In this document: positions 9,255 to 18,060 of the stretch, one piece after another | How positions within the stretch are numbered: the first letter of the stretch is position 1 | Layout: every line of letters begins with the position of its first letter | Assembly: GCA_963774265.1 (NCBI GenBank) | Contig: CAVZDU010000001.1 | Span: 1,280,001 to 1,344,000, forward strand | Length of the DNA: 64,000 nt | Source: an uncultured Chloroflexia bacterium | GTDB taxonomy: Bacteria; Chloroflexota; Anaerolineae; CG2-30-64-16 | Direction: 5' to 3' | Notes under the pieces: generated by a model | Told to the model about the DNA's origin: nothing | The model's database searches: none | The model's input: only the letters and a program-made list of their open reading frames with translations | Position numbers and translations under genes: made by a program

Positions 9255-9935
9255 ATGCTTTCGATTGCGGCAACCGATGAATGGCGCAACGCCCATCCCG
9301 GAGCAACCATAGGTTTGCTGGAGCTGGCGGGCGTGGAAAAGGCTCAGTCGCGATCCGGCTTGGAGGGGCGAAAACGAGAAACGGAAGCGAAGTTGAGAGA
9401 ACGCTATCGGGGCTTCACGCGGCAGGACTTTCTGGCGCTGCCCGTGATGGCAGCCTACGAACAATACTATAAACGCTTCAACAAGACGTATCATGTCCAG
9501 CTCCAGGTTGAGTCCATCGTGCTGAAAGGCAGGAACCTGCCTGACGTGTCTCCCCTGGTCGATGCCAACTTCACCGCTGAGGTGGAGACCCTGATCCTGA
9601 CGGCCGGACATGATGTCACAAAGTTGCGTGGGGCAGTCTCCATGGACGTGTCCTTCAAGGACGACACCATGACGCTCATGAACGGCGCCGCCAAAGTCAT
9701 CTATGCGGGCGATATGGTCATGAGGGATGCCGGCGGCATCTGTTGTTCGATCATCTACGGGCAGGACAATCGGTCTCCCATCTCTATGGAGACTTCTCAA
9801 GCCCTGTATGTGGCTTATGCCCCTGCTGGTGTTCCGGCGGAACTCGTGGATGCTCAATTGCGGAAAATCGAGGAAAACGTCCGGCTATTCTCACCTACTG
9901 TCGTCGTCGAGCAACTCCGTCTCCTAAAGGCGTAG
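9255..9935 (+). CDS. B3/B4 (PheT editing-like) domain protein
   Basis: LPDVSPLVDANF, TAGHD, GDMVMRD..GIC motifs; AAGGAG RBS before ATG 9255. Confidence 0.75.
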   Translation: MLSIAATDEWRNAHPGATIGLLELAGVEKAQSRSGLEGRKRETEAKLRERYRGFTRQDFLALPVMAAYEQYYKRFNKTYHVQLQVESIVLKGRNLPDVSPLVDANFTAEVETLILTAGHDVTKLRGAVSMDVSFKDDTMTLMNGAAKVIYAGDMVMRDAGGICCSIIYGQDNRSPISMETSQALYVAYAPAGVPAELVDAQLRKIEENVRLFSPTVVVEQLRLLKA

Positions 9936-10020
9936 GCGGCCTGACAACGAGGGCGTCGCGCCGGCGGTCTGCTCGCCGGCGACCTGCTCCTGCTCATCGG
10001 TGTTCTCATCATGGTCGCCT

Positions 10021-10254
10021 TCACGCGTGACTCTTCCAACTGTGCGCCACGAGCGGGAGAATCGGAACGATCGACTTCTTGCGCGAGAGCACGCCACCCA
10101 CGATACCCCGACGTGCGGCGACGACGTCTGTAGGGGGCGAACGACGATGCGCAGCATCGCCGTGTCGTCCCTACCCGGCATAGGCTACCGCCGAAACGAT
10201 CGGGTCGGTGTCCGGGTTCTTGTGGCCGACAACAAAGATCTTGCGTTCGCTCAT
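10021..10254 (-). pseudogene. ppaC: collapsed family II Mn-dependent inorganic pyrophosphatase remnant
   Basis: N-terminal MSERKIFVVGHKNPDTDPIVSAVAYA, then a REP, then C-terminal GGVLSRKKSIVP; whole catalytic middle missing. Confidence 0.8.
10130..10174. repeat. family A REP at the ppaC deletion junction
   Basis: gtagggggcgaacgacgatgcgcagcatcgccgtgtcgtccctac. Confidence 0.85.
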
Positions 10255-10358
10255 AGGTCCCAAGCATCTCCATTTCAGATTTGACAAGCGAATCGTGAAA
10301 ATGGCCCGAAGCTTGACCACAGGCGAATCGTAAGGCGTGGAGACTCTCTTTATCCCAG

Positions 10359-10407
10359 AGGTGCCCGGCACTTGCGATCCTTCGGATCGTTAAAGTGTCG
10401 GGCACCT
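10359..10407. repeat. family B+C composite palindrome just downstream of nuoN (possible terminator role)
   Basis: aggtgcccggcactt-gcgatccttcggatcgt-taaagtgtcgggcacct. Confidence 0.85.
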
Positions 10408-10421
10408 AGCGTGGAGGTGGG

Positions 10422-11978
10422 TTAGCGCAGGGCCAGCGTTCCCAGTGTGCTCACGGCCTGCTGGATGGCCTGCATCCAGGGGAACTGCCAGAGGCCCAGC
10501 ACCAGTGTGGCTGCAACGGCGATGATGACCGTGGCCCAGACAGGCCAGCCCGGCTGGGGCACCTCTCCCACAGGGATGGTTCCCAAGGCTTCGGCCGGCC
10601 GCGCGCCGGCCATGAACATGGTCACGGTGACCCGCAGGTAGTAGTACGCGGCGATCGCGCTGTTCAGCACGGCGATGATGGCCAGCCAGGCGAGGTTTGC
10701 CTGCACCGCCGCGCCGAAGACGTAGAGCTTGCCGAAGAAGCCTGCGAGCGGTGGGATGCCGGTCAGCGCGAACATGAGGATCGCCATGAGCACGGCCATC
10801 CCCGGCTGGCGGCTCGACAGCCCCGTGATCCGTTCGAGGGACACGTCATTCTCATCCCGGCGCTGCACCGCCAGCAGGACCGCGAACGCGCCCAGGTTCA
10901 TAAAGGTGTAGGCCAGCAGGTAGTAGAGCGCGGCCTGCGCAGCCTGGCTGGTGCCGGCAGCCAGGGCGACGAGGACGTAGCCGGCGTGTGCGATGCTGGA
11001 GTAGGCCAGCATGCGCTTGAGGCTGGTCTGGCGCAGCGCGGCCAAGTTGCCGAGGGTCATGGTGAGCACGGCCAGGGCGGCCAAGACGAGCAATAGGGGG
11101 CGACCCGGCGATGGGGCGACACGCAGGTCGCCCCCTACGCTGGCCAGGACCCGGATGAGGGAAGTGAAGGCGGCGGTCTTGGTAGCCACGGACATGAATG
11201 CGGTCACGGAGGTGGGCGCACCCTGGTACACGTCGGGCGTCCATTGGTGGAAGGGGACCAGCGCCACCTTGAAGCCGTAGCCCACCAGCAGCAGGCCCAC
11301 CCCGAGGGGCAGCAGCGGCGCGTAGGGGGCGACCTGTGTGTCGCCCCCTACCCCGGTCGCCCCTACCCCGGTCGCGAGCCCCTGGCTGATCTGCGCCAGG
11401 TTGGTCGAGCCCGTCGCACCGTAGATCAGCGCGATGCCGTACAGGAAGAAGCCGCTGGCAAACGCACCCAGCAGAAAGTACTTCAGCGATGCCTCAGCCG
11501 AACGCGCATCCCGCCGCGCAAACCCCGTCAGGATATACAGCGCCAGCGAGAAGATCTCCAGCCCCAGGAAGATCACCAGGAAGTCGTTGCCCTGCGCCAT
11601 CGCGATCATCCCCGCGCTCGCCAGCAGGATCAGTGCGTAATAGGGTCCGGGCCGCCGGGTGAAGTCCGCGGTGCGTTCCAGCGCGAGGAGGATGGCCAGG
11701 GCCGCGGCGATGAGGATCGCGGCCGCGGCGAAAATGCCGAGCCCATCCGCCAGTGCCATGCCGCCCACGATTGAAGATTGCAGATTGAAGATTTGGCCGG
11801 GCCACTGGGAGATCGTGGCCGCCAGGCTGCCCACCACGGCCAGGAGGCTCCCCCAGGCCAAGCCACGCTTGCCCGCAGGAGGCAGCACCAGGTCGGCCAG
11901 CAGCACCAGCAGGCTCGCCGCCACCAGGATGATCTGCGGTAGGATGGCCAGTAGATTGAATGTCGGTATCGTAATCAC
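10422..11978 (-). CDS. nuoN: NADH-quinone oxidoreductase subunit N (operon 1)
   Basis: EASLKYF, FKVALVPFHQWTPDVYQGAPT, KRMLAYSSIAHAGY, GIPPLAGFFGK; three in-frame repeat inserts. Confidence 0.95.
   Translation of the reverse strand: MITIPTFNLLAILPQIILVAASLLVLLADLVLPPAGKRGLAWGSLLAVVGSLAATISQWPGQIFNLQSSIVGGMALADGLGIFAAAAILIAAALAILLALERTADFTRRPGPYYALILLASAGMIAMAQGNDFLVIFLGLEIFSLALYILTGFARRDARSAEASLKYFLLGAFASGFFLYGIALIYGATGSTNLAQISQGLATGVGATGVGGDTQVAPYAPLLPLGVGLLLVGYGFKVALVPFHQWTPDVYQGAPTSVTAFMSVATKTAAFTSLIRVLASVGGDLRVAPSPGRPLLLVLAALAVLTMTLGNLAALRQTSLKRMLAYSSIAHAGYVLVALAAGTSQAAQAALYYLLAYTFMNLGAFAVLLAVQRRDENDVSLERITGLSSRQPGMAVLMAILMFALTGIPPLAGFFGKLYVFGAAVQANLAWLAIIAVLNSAIAAYYYLRVTVTMFMAGARPAEALGTIPVGEVPQPGWPVWATVIIAVAATLVLGLWQFPWMQAIQQAVSTLGTLALR
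11094..11138 (-). repeat. family A REP, in frame in NuoN
   Basis: Encodes VGGDLRVAPSPGRPL. Confidence 0.88.
11322..11375 (-). repeat. family A REP with duplicated arm, in frame in NuoN
   Basis: Encodes ATGVGATGVGGDTQVAPY. Confidence 0.88.
11769..11792. repeat. heptamer (GATTGAA/TTCAATC) array, in frame in NuoN
   Basis: gattgaagattgcagattgaagat = IFNLQSSI on the minus strand. Confidence 0.85.
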
Positions 11979-11997
11979 AGTTTGCCTCGTCTGGGTC

Positions 11998-12026
11998 GCA
12001 GGGGCGACACGGAGGTCGCCCCCTAC
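11998..12026 (-). repeat. family A REP whose GTAG provides the nuoM stop codon
   Basis: Minus strand aaG TAG ggggcgacctccgtgtcgcccctgc. Confidence 0.85.
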
Positions 12027-13555
12027 TTATCCACCATCAGACTCACCGCGGGCGGCCGCTGGTTCAGGGCCTCCGCCACCGCCTGCGCCGACGGATTAAT
12101 CTTGTCGAAGAACAGGTTCGGGAAAAGCCCGATGACAAAGAACAGCACGATCAGCGGTGCAAGCGTAATAACCTCGCGCGGCGTCAGGTCGCGGAGCTGC
12201 GCGTTCTCGGGCCTGGTGAGCGGGCCGTGCAGCATCAGCCGGATGGCCCACAGCAGGTACCAGGCGGCCAGGATGATCCCCAGCGTGCCGAAGACCGCGA
12301 AGACCGGGTTGGCCTGGTACGCGCCGAGCAGGATATTGAACTCACCCACGAAGCCGTTCAGCCCGGGCAGGCCCGCGGATGACAGGCTGACGATGATGAA
12401 GAGGAAGCCGTAGACGGGCATCTGCTTCCAGAGCCCGCCAAAATCCGCCAGCAGGCGGGTGTGCCGCCGGTTGTAGAGCATGCCGACCATGAGGAAGAGC
12501 GCGCCGGTGCTCAGGCCGTGGTTGACCATCTGCAAGGTGGCGCCGGCGATGCCCTGGGGGTTGAGGGCCAGGATGCCCAGCATAACGAAGCCGAGGTGCG
12601 CGACGGATGAATAGGCGACCAGGGCCTTGACGTCCTTCTGCACCAGCGCGACCAGGCCGCCGTAGAGGATGCCCACCAGGGCCAGCCCCGCGATCCACGG
12701 GACCGCGGCCCGGGTCGCGTCGGGGAAGAGCGGCAGGCAGAAGCGCACGAACCCGTAGGTCCCCATCTTGAGCAGCACCGCGGCCAGGATCACCGAGCCG
12801 CCAGTGGGCGCTGCGACGTGTGCGTCGGGCAGCCAGGTGTGGAACGGGAAGAGCGGCACCTTGATGGCGAAGGCCAGCGCAAAGGCCAGGAAGAGCCAGA
12901 GCTGCAGGTCCGGGCCGAGGCTGAGCCGCTGGAGCTCGAGCACGTCGAAGGTGCCGCCCTGCCCGTGGAGCACCAGGATGGCCACCAGCATCAGCGCGCT
13001 GCCGGCGAAGGTGTAGAGGAAGAATTTGAGGGCCGCGTAGATGCGCCAAGACATGACCCGGCCCAGGAAGGTGTATGTGCCGTGGGGATCGCCCCAGCCG
13101 CCGATGAGGAAATACATCGGGATGAGGGTCAGCTCCCAGAAGACGTAGAACAGCACCAGGTCCAGGGCGACAAAGACGCCGACCATGCCCGCCTCAAGGG
13201 CCAGCATCAGGAACAGGTAGCCCTTGAGGCCCTTCTCTACACCCTCCCACGAGAAGATCAACACCAGCATCGTAATCAGCGTGGTGAGCAGGACGAGGAA
13301 GAGGCTCAGCCCGTCAACGCCCAGGAAATACTGGATGTTGAACTGGGGCACCCAAGGCAGCCGCTCGACGAACTGCATCCCCGCCTCGCCCGCCTGCCAC
13401 CAGGCAAACAACAGGCAGGACACGGCAAACGTGGCCGCGCTGACCGCGAGCGCCCACCACTTCTGCAGCCGCGCTCCCGGCAGCAGCAGCAGCACCAGCG
13501 CCCCCGCCAGCGGCAGGAAGGTGATGATCGACAGTAACGGTAAATTTGAGATCAT
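12023..13555 (-). CDS. nuoM: NADH-quinone oxidoreductase subunit M (operon 1)
   Basis: FYVFWELTLIPMYFLIG, IKVPLFPFHTWLPDAH, LLKMGTYG, GLPGLNGFVGEF. Confidence 0.95.
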   Translation of the reverse strand: MISNLPLLSIITFLPLAGALVLLLLPGARLQKWWALAVSAATFAVSCLLFAWWQAGEAGMQFVERLPWVPQFNIQYFLGVDGLSLFLVLLTTLITMLVLIFSWEGVEKGLKGYLFLMLALEAGMVGVFVALDLVLFYVFWELTLIPMYFLIGGWGDPHGTYTFLGRVMSWRIYAALKFFLYTFAGSALMLVAILVLHGQGGTFDVLELQRLSLGPDLQLWLFLAFALAFAIKVPLFPFHTWLPDAHVAAPTGGSVILAAVLLKMGTYGFVRFCLPLFPDATRAAVPWIAGLALVGILYGGLVALVQKDVKALVAYSSVAHLGFVMLGILALNPQGIAGATLQMVNHGLSTGALFLMVGMLYNRRHTRLLADFGGLWKQMPVYGFLFIIVSLSSAGLPGLNGFVGEFNILLGAYQANPVFAVFGTLGIILAAWYLLWAIRLMLHGPLTRPENAQLRDLTPREVITLAPLIVLFFVIGLFPNLFFDKINPSAQAVAEALNQRPPAVSLMVDK

Positions 13556-13560
13556 ATTCT

Positions 13561-13700
13561 CACCACAAAGGACACAAAGACGGTTGCAAGTTACAGGTTG
13601 CAGGTTGCAGGTTGCAGGTTCCAACCTTCAACCGTACGGGTGGTCGCCGTTGCGGCGATGCTGCGCATCGCGCAACGCCGTCACCGCCCGATCTTCAATC
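13561..13700. repeat. nuoL-nuoM intergenic repeat stack: 9-mer, (GGTTGCA)n heptamers, REP-like hairpin, TTCAATC unit
   Basis: ggttgcaagttacaggttgcaggttgcaggttgcagg; gtacgggtggtcgccgttgcg-gcgatgctgcgcatcgc-gcaacgccgtcaccgcccg. Confidence 0.8.
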
Positions 13701-13701
13701 C

Positions 13702-15621
13702 TCACTTCGCCATCACCAGCCACGCGGCCACCGCGACCGCGCCAAACAACATCGCCAGCGCGTACAGGCCGACCATGCCGGTTTGCAGGCGGCGGACCTG
13801 GCTGCCGGCCCAGCCGGTGAGGCCGGCGAGGCCGTTCACCGCGCCGTCGATGCCGCCCTTGTCGAAGGTGGCCGCGAACCACTCGCCGAGGGCCCGCAGG
13901 GGCCCGACGACGATCATGTTGTAAGCCTCGTCGACGTAGTATTTGTTCTCGACCAGCCTGGTGAGCGGGCCAAAGGCCGCACGGGCGCGCTTGGGCAGGT
14001 CACGGTCCGCGACGTACGCCCGGTAAGCCAGGAACGCACCGGCCAGGGCAACGAGGGCCGAGACGGCCAGCAGGACGAGTTCGATGATTGAAGATTGAAG
14101 GTTGAAGATTGAAGATGGCGCGGTCCCTCCCGCATGCGCCCCTCCCTGAAACACCGGCTCCAGCCAGCCGTCGATGGCCGAGATGGACGGCAGGCCGACG
14201 TAGCCGGCGAGGATCGCGCCGATGGCCAGGATGATCAGGGGCACGGTCATGACGGCCGGCGATTCGTGCGCATGGCTGAAGAGCTTCTTGTCCCGCTCCT
14301 GGCCCCAGAAGGCCATGAAGACCATGCGGAAGGAGTAGCAGGCGGTGATGAAGGCGGTGATGATGCCGACGACCCAGAGCGGGACCGCGTGCTCGAAGGC
14401 GTAGAAGAGGATGGCGTCCTTGCTGAAGAAGCCCGACAGCAGGGGGATGCCGGCCAGCGCGGCCGCGCCAATGAGGAAGGTCCAGTAGGTCGTGGGAAGC
14501 ACGGCACGCAGGTTGCCCATTTTGCGGATGTCCAGCTCGCCGTGCAGGGCGTGCATGACGCTGCCCGCGGCCAGGAAGAGGAGCGCCTTGAAGAAGGCGT
14601 GGGTCATCAGGTGGAAGATTCCCGCGGCATAGGCGCCCACGCCGACCGCGACGAACATGAAGCCAAGCTGCGAGACGGTGGAGTAAGCCAGGATGCGCTT
14701 GAGATCGGTTTGGGTGAGGGCGATGGTGCCCGCGATGAATGCGGTGGCCATGCCGACCCAGGCGACCCAGTTGCCCGTGGCCGGCGCCAGGTCGAAGAGC
14801 GTGGCGGAGCGGGCGATCATGTAGACGCCGGCGGTGACCATGGTGGCGGCATGGATCAGCGCAGAGACCGGGGTGGGGCCCTCCATGGCGTCGGGCAGCC
14901 AGACGAACAGGGGGATCTGCGCGCTCTTACCGGTGGCGGCCAGGAGCATGAGCATGGTGGCGGTCATGACGGCGGCGTTGCCCGCGCCCCAGACCTCAGG
15001 CGCGGCCCGGAAGACCTCGGTGAACTGCAGCGAGCCGAGCCCCGTCCAGATGATCATGATGGCCAGCAGGAGGCCGAAGTCGCCGATGCGGTTGACGATA
15101 AAGGCCTTCTTGCCCGCGTCCGCGGCCGATGGTTTCTCGAACCAGAAGCCGATGAGCAGGTAGGAGGCCAGGCCCACGCCTTCCCAGCCCACGAACATGA
15201 GCAGGTAGTTGTTCGCCAGGATCAAGGTCGTCATCATGAGGATGAAAAGGTTGAGGTAGGCGAAGTAGCGCGGGTGGCGCGGGTCGTCGTGCATGTAGCC
15301 GGCAGAGTAGACGTGGATCAGGAAGCCGATGCCGGTGACGACCAGGGCCATGGTCACGGAGAGCTGGTCGACCAGCAGCGCGACGTCAACGCTGAAGTTG
15401 CCCACGACCATCCAGCGCCAGAGGGTGACCTCATGGCTGCGCTCCTCCGCGGGCAGGCCGAGCAGCTGGATAAAGAGGGTCACGGCAACGGCGAAGCTGA
15501 GGAAGACCATGGCGGGCGCGAGGAAGCCCACGGCGCGGCGGCCCAGCCGTGTGCCGAGAAAGGAGACGATGAGCGCACCCAGCGCTGGAAAGGCGAGTAT
15601 CAACCAGGCGTAGTCAAGCAT
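13702..15621 (-). CDS. nuoL: NADH-quinone oxidoreductase subunit L (operon 1)
   Basis: GWEGVGLASYLLIGFW, KSAQIPLFVWLPDAMEGPTPVSALIHAATMV, HAFFKALLF. Confidence 0.96.
   Translation of the reverse strand: MLDYAWLILAFPALGALIVSFLGTRLGRRAVGFLAPAMVFLSFAVAVTLFIQLLGLPAEERSHEVTLWRWMVVGNFSVDVALLVDQLSVTMALVVTGIGFLIHVYSAGYMHDDPRHPRYFAYLNLFILMMTTLILANNYLLMFVGWEGVGLASYLLIGFWFEKPSAADAGKKAFIVNRIGDFGLLLAIMIIWTGLGSLQFTEVFRAAPEVWGAGNAAVMTATMLMLLAATGKSAQIPLFVWLPDAMEGPTPVSALIHAATMVTAGVYMIARSATLFDLAPATGNWVAWVGMATAFIAGTIALTQTDLKRILAYSTVSQLGFMFVAVGVGAYAAGIFHLMTHAFFKALLFLAAGSVMHALHGELDIRKMGNLRAVLPTTYWTFLIGAAALAGIPLLSGFFSKDAILFYAFEHAVPLWVVGIITAFITACYSFRMVFMAFWGQERDKKLFSHAHESPAVMTVPLIILAIGAILAGYVGLPSISAIDGWLEPVFQGGAHAGGTAPSSIFNLQSSIIELVLLAVSALVALAGAFLAYRAYVADRDLPKRARAAFGPLTRLVENKYYVDEAYNMIVVGPLRALGEWFAATFDKGGIDGAVNGLAGLTGWAGSQVRRLQTGMVGLYALAMLFGAVAVAAWLVMAK
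14086..14116. repeat. heptamer array, in frame in NuoL
   Basis: gattgaagattgaaggttgaagattgaagat = SSIFNLQSSI. Confidence 0.85.
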
Positions 15622-15625
15622 GCTG

Positions 15626-15928
15626 TCAGCCCTTCAACAGGTTTATGTCTGCGATGTTGGTTGTATCTCTGTGCCGGATCGCAGCCATGACGATGGCCAG
15701 GCCGACCGCGACTTCGGCGGCCGCGACGACCACGGCCATCAGGACAAAGATCTGGCCGTGGAGTGACAGGAAGTGACGCGCGAGCGCGGCGAAGGTGAGG
15801 TTCACGGCGTTGAGCATCATCTCGACGGACATGAAGATAATGAGTACATTGCGCCGCAGCACGACACCCAGCGCGCCGATGGTGAACAGCACCGCGCTCA
15901 GGATCAGGAAGTAGGTGGTTGGGACCAT
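15626..15928 (-). CDS. nuoK: NADH-quinone oxidoreductase subunit K
   Basis: RRN..SVEMMLNAVN, AAAEVAVGLA. Confidence 0.95.
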   Translation of the reverse strand: MVPTTYFLILSAVLFTIGALGVVLRRNVLIIFMSVEMMLNAVNLTFAALARHFLSLHGQIFVLMAVVVAAAEVAVGLAIVMAAIRHRDTTNIADINLLKG

Positions 15929-15981
15929 AGGTCGATACTCTCTTTTGTTAGTGCTCTCAGGTGCCCGCTCTCAGGTACCTC

Positions 15982-16013
15982 AGGTGCCCGGCACTTGCCA
16001 AGTGCCGGGCACC
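15982..16013. repeat. family B palindrome between nuoJ and nuoK
   Basis: aggtgcccggcacttgccaagtgccgggcacct. Confidence 0.85.
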
Positions 16014-16027
16014 TCTTATTGCGCCTC

Positions 16028-16543
16028 TTATTCCGCCGGCCGCGCCAGCACCACCGCGCCAATCATGCCGACCAGCAACAGCACCGAAGCCAACTCAAAC
16101 GGCAGCAAATAATCGGTGTACAGCACCGCGCCGATAGCCTGCACGCTGCCCTGCCCAAACGCCGCGGCATCACCCTGGACGGGGTTGAGCTGGCCGGTCA
16201 GCAGGCCATACCCCACGGTGGCCAGGAGGAGCGCGCCCAGGACCAGCGCGGTGATCTGCGGCCAGCGGAACCGCTGGGCCAGCGGCTGGCTCCGGTCGCG
16301 GATGTCGGTGAGCTCGCCGCCACCCAGGAGCATCACAACGAACAGGAACAGCACAACGATCGCGCCGCCGTAGACAATGACCTGAACCACGGCGAGGAAT
16401 TGCGCCTGCAGCATGATGTAGAGCGCGGCCAGCGACGCGAAGTTCACCAGCAGGAAGAGCGCGCTGTAGATGGGCCGGCGGCTGATGATGACCCCGGCCG
16501 CGGCTACGATGGCGATGAGACTAAAGACGATAAACAGGAACAT
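16028..16543 (-). CDS. nuoJ: NADH-quinone oxidoreductase subunit J
   Basis: QVIVYGGAIVVLFLFVVMLL, YLLPFELASVLLL. Confidence 0.95.
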   Translation of the reverse strand: MFLFIVFSLIAIVAAAGVIISRRPIYSALFLLVNFASLAALYIMLQAQFLAVVQVIVYGGAIVVLFLFVVMLLGGGELTDIRDRSQPLAQRFRWPQITALVLGALLLATVGYGLLTGQLNPVQGDAAAFGQGSVQAIGAVLYTDYLLPFELASVLLLVGMIGAVVLARPAE

Positions 16544-16551
16544 GCCCACCT

Positions 16552-17022
16552 CTACTCGGCGCGAACGACCACGTTCGGGGTGGTCGGTTTGAGCAGCTCT
16601 TCTTTGGTCCACAGGAAGCCGTCGCGCGTGTAGACCGCGGTCTCGAATTCGTGGCCCAGAACGACAGCCTCCACGGGGCAGGCGGTCTCGCAGTCGCCGC
16701 AGTAGATGCAGCGCATCAGGTTGACTTCCCACACACTGGCGTAACGCTCGTCGGGGCTGACCGGGTGCGCCGGGTCATTTTCCGCGGCCTCGACGTGGAT
16801 GGCCCCGGTGGGGCACGCGGCCTCACACAGCATGCAGCCGATGCAGCGCTCCAGCCCGTTCTCGTAGCGGCGCAGCTCGTGCCGCGCGCGGAAGCGTGGG
16901 TAAACCGCGGCCGGCTCCTCGGGATATTGGGATGTGATCTGGCCCCGGAACAGGTTGGTCAGCGTCACGCGGAAACCCTTCAGGATCTCAACCGCGCCCT
17001 TGATGGAATCAGTTACGGTCAT
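16552..17022 (-). CDS. nuoI: NADH-quinone oxidoreductase subunit I
   Basis: [29 protein letters not shown]. Confidence 0.96.
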   Translation of the reverse strand: MTVTDSIKGAVEILKGFRVTLTNLFRGQITSQYPEEPAAVYPRFRARHELRRYENGLERCIGCMLCEAACPTGAIHVEAAENDPAHPVSPDERYASVWEVNLMRCIYCGDCETACPVEAVVLGHEFETAVYTRDGFLWTKEELLKPTTPNVVVRAE

Positions 17023-17032
17023 TCAGATACCT

Positions 17033-18056
17033 CTACACCAGCGTCACAATCACCGCCGTGATGGCCAGGTAGACCAGCGCGACCGGGAACAGGAACGTCC
17101 AGCAGAACCTGAGGAGCTGGTCGTAGCGCGGGCGGGGCACGCTGGCGCTCACCCAGATGAACAGGAACACCATGACCATGATCTTGGCCACGAAGTAGCC
17201 CAGGCCCAGGATCGGGAATTGCTCGACGAACGGGCCGCGCCAGCCACCGAAAAAGACGGACACGGCCACCGCGCTCGCGCCCAGGATGTGCAGGTATTCG
17301 GTCATGTAGAAGAGCGCGAACTTGATGCTGCCGTACTCGGTCGCGTAGCCCGAGACAAGCTCGTTCTCGGTCTCCGGGAAGTCGAACGGCTTGCGGGTGG
17401 TCTCGGCCAGCATGGTGATGAAGTAGAAGGGGAAGGCCAGCCATATCCATAGCCACAGCCACCAGGGCCGGTTCATCGCGACGATCCGGTTCAGGCTCAG
17501 CGTGCCGAAGCCGTCCGCGGTGCCCAGGGTCGTGGTCAGGATCAACGCGATGAGCAGGATGCCCATGGGCAGCTCGTATGAAAGCATCTGGGCGCTGGTG
17601 CGCAGCGCGCCGAGCAGGGAGTATTTGTTGTTGCTGGCGTAGCCGCCCAGGATGATGCCGTAGATGCCGATGGCGGCCGCGGCCAGGACCCACAGGAAGC
17701 CGATGTTGACGTCGGCCACCTGGAGGGGAATCTGCCGGCCGAACAGATTGAGCGTGGGGCCGACCGGAACCACCGCAAAAATGAGCAGCGCGGGCGCGAT
17801 GGCCAGCGCGGGCGCAACGACGTAGAGCAATTTGTCAGCGCGCGGGGATGATTTCCTCTTTGAAGATCATCTTGAGTGCGTCCGCGATCGGGTGGCCCAG
17901 GCCGAATTTCCACGCGCGGTTCGGGCCGATGCGCAGTTGGAAGCGCCCAATCATCTTGCGCTCGAACAGGGTGAGGTAGGCAAAGCCGGTCAGCAGCACT
18001 ACCACGAGCACGAGCGATGTGATTGCCGGGATGAGAATGAGGCCGATCCAGTCCAT
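17033..18056 (-). CDS. nuoH: NADH-quinone oxidoreductase subunit H (operon 1); frameshift near 17838-17844
   Basis: ERK..RIGPNR, ADALKMIFKE in one frame; SNNKYSLLGALR, AETTRKPFD in the next; restoring GC in the gcgcgc run gives PARADKLLY. Confidence 0.9.
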
Positions 18057-18060
18057 GCCG

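Noticed and set aside
9854-10405. 183-aa minus-strand ORF
   Set aside because: Composed of repeat sequence and off-frame ppaC remnant; not a credible gene
17835-17837. In-frame TGA in nuoH as selenocysteine or readthrough
   Set aside because: The downstream homology is in a different frame; a 2-nt loss in gcgcgc explains it
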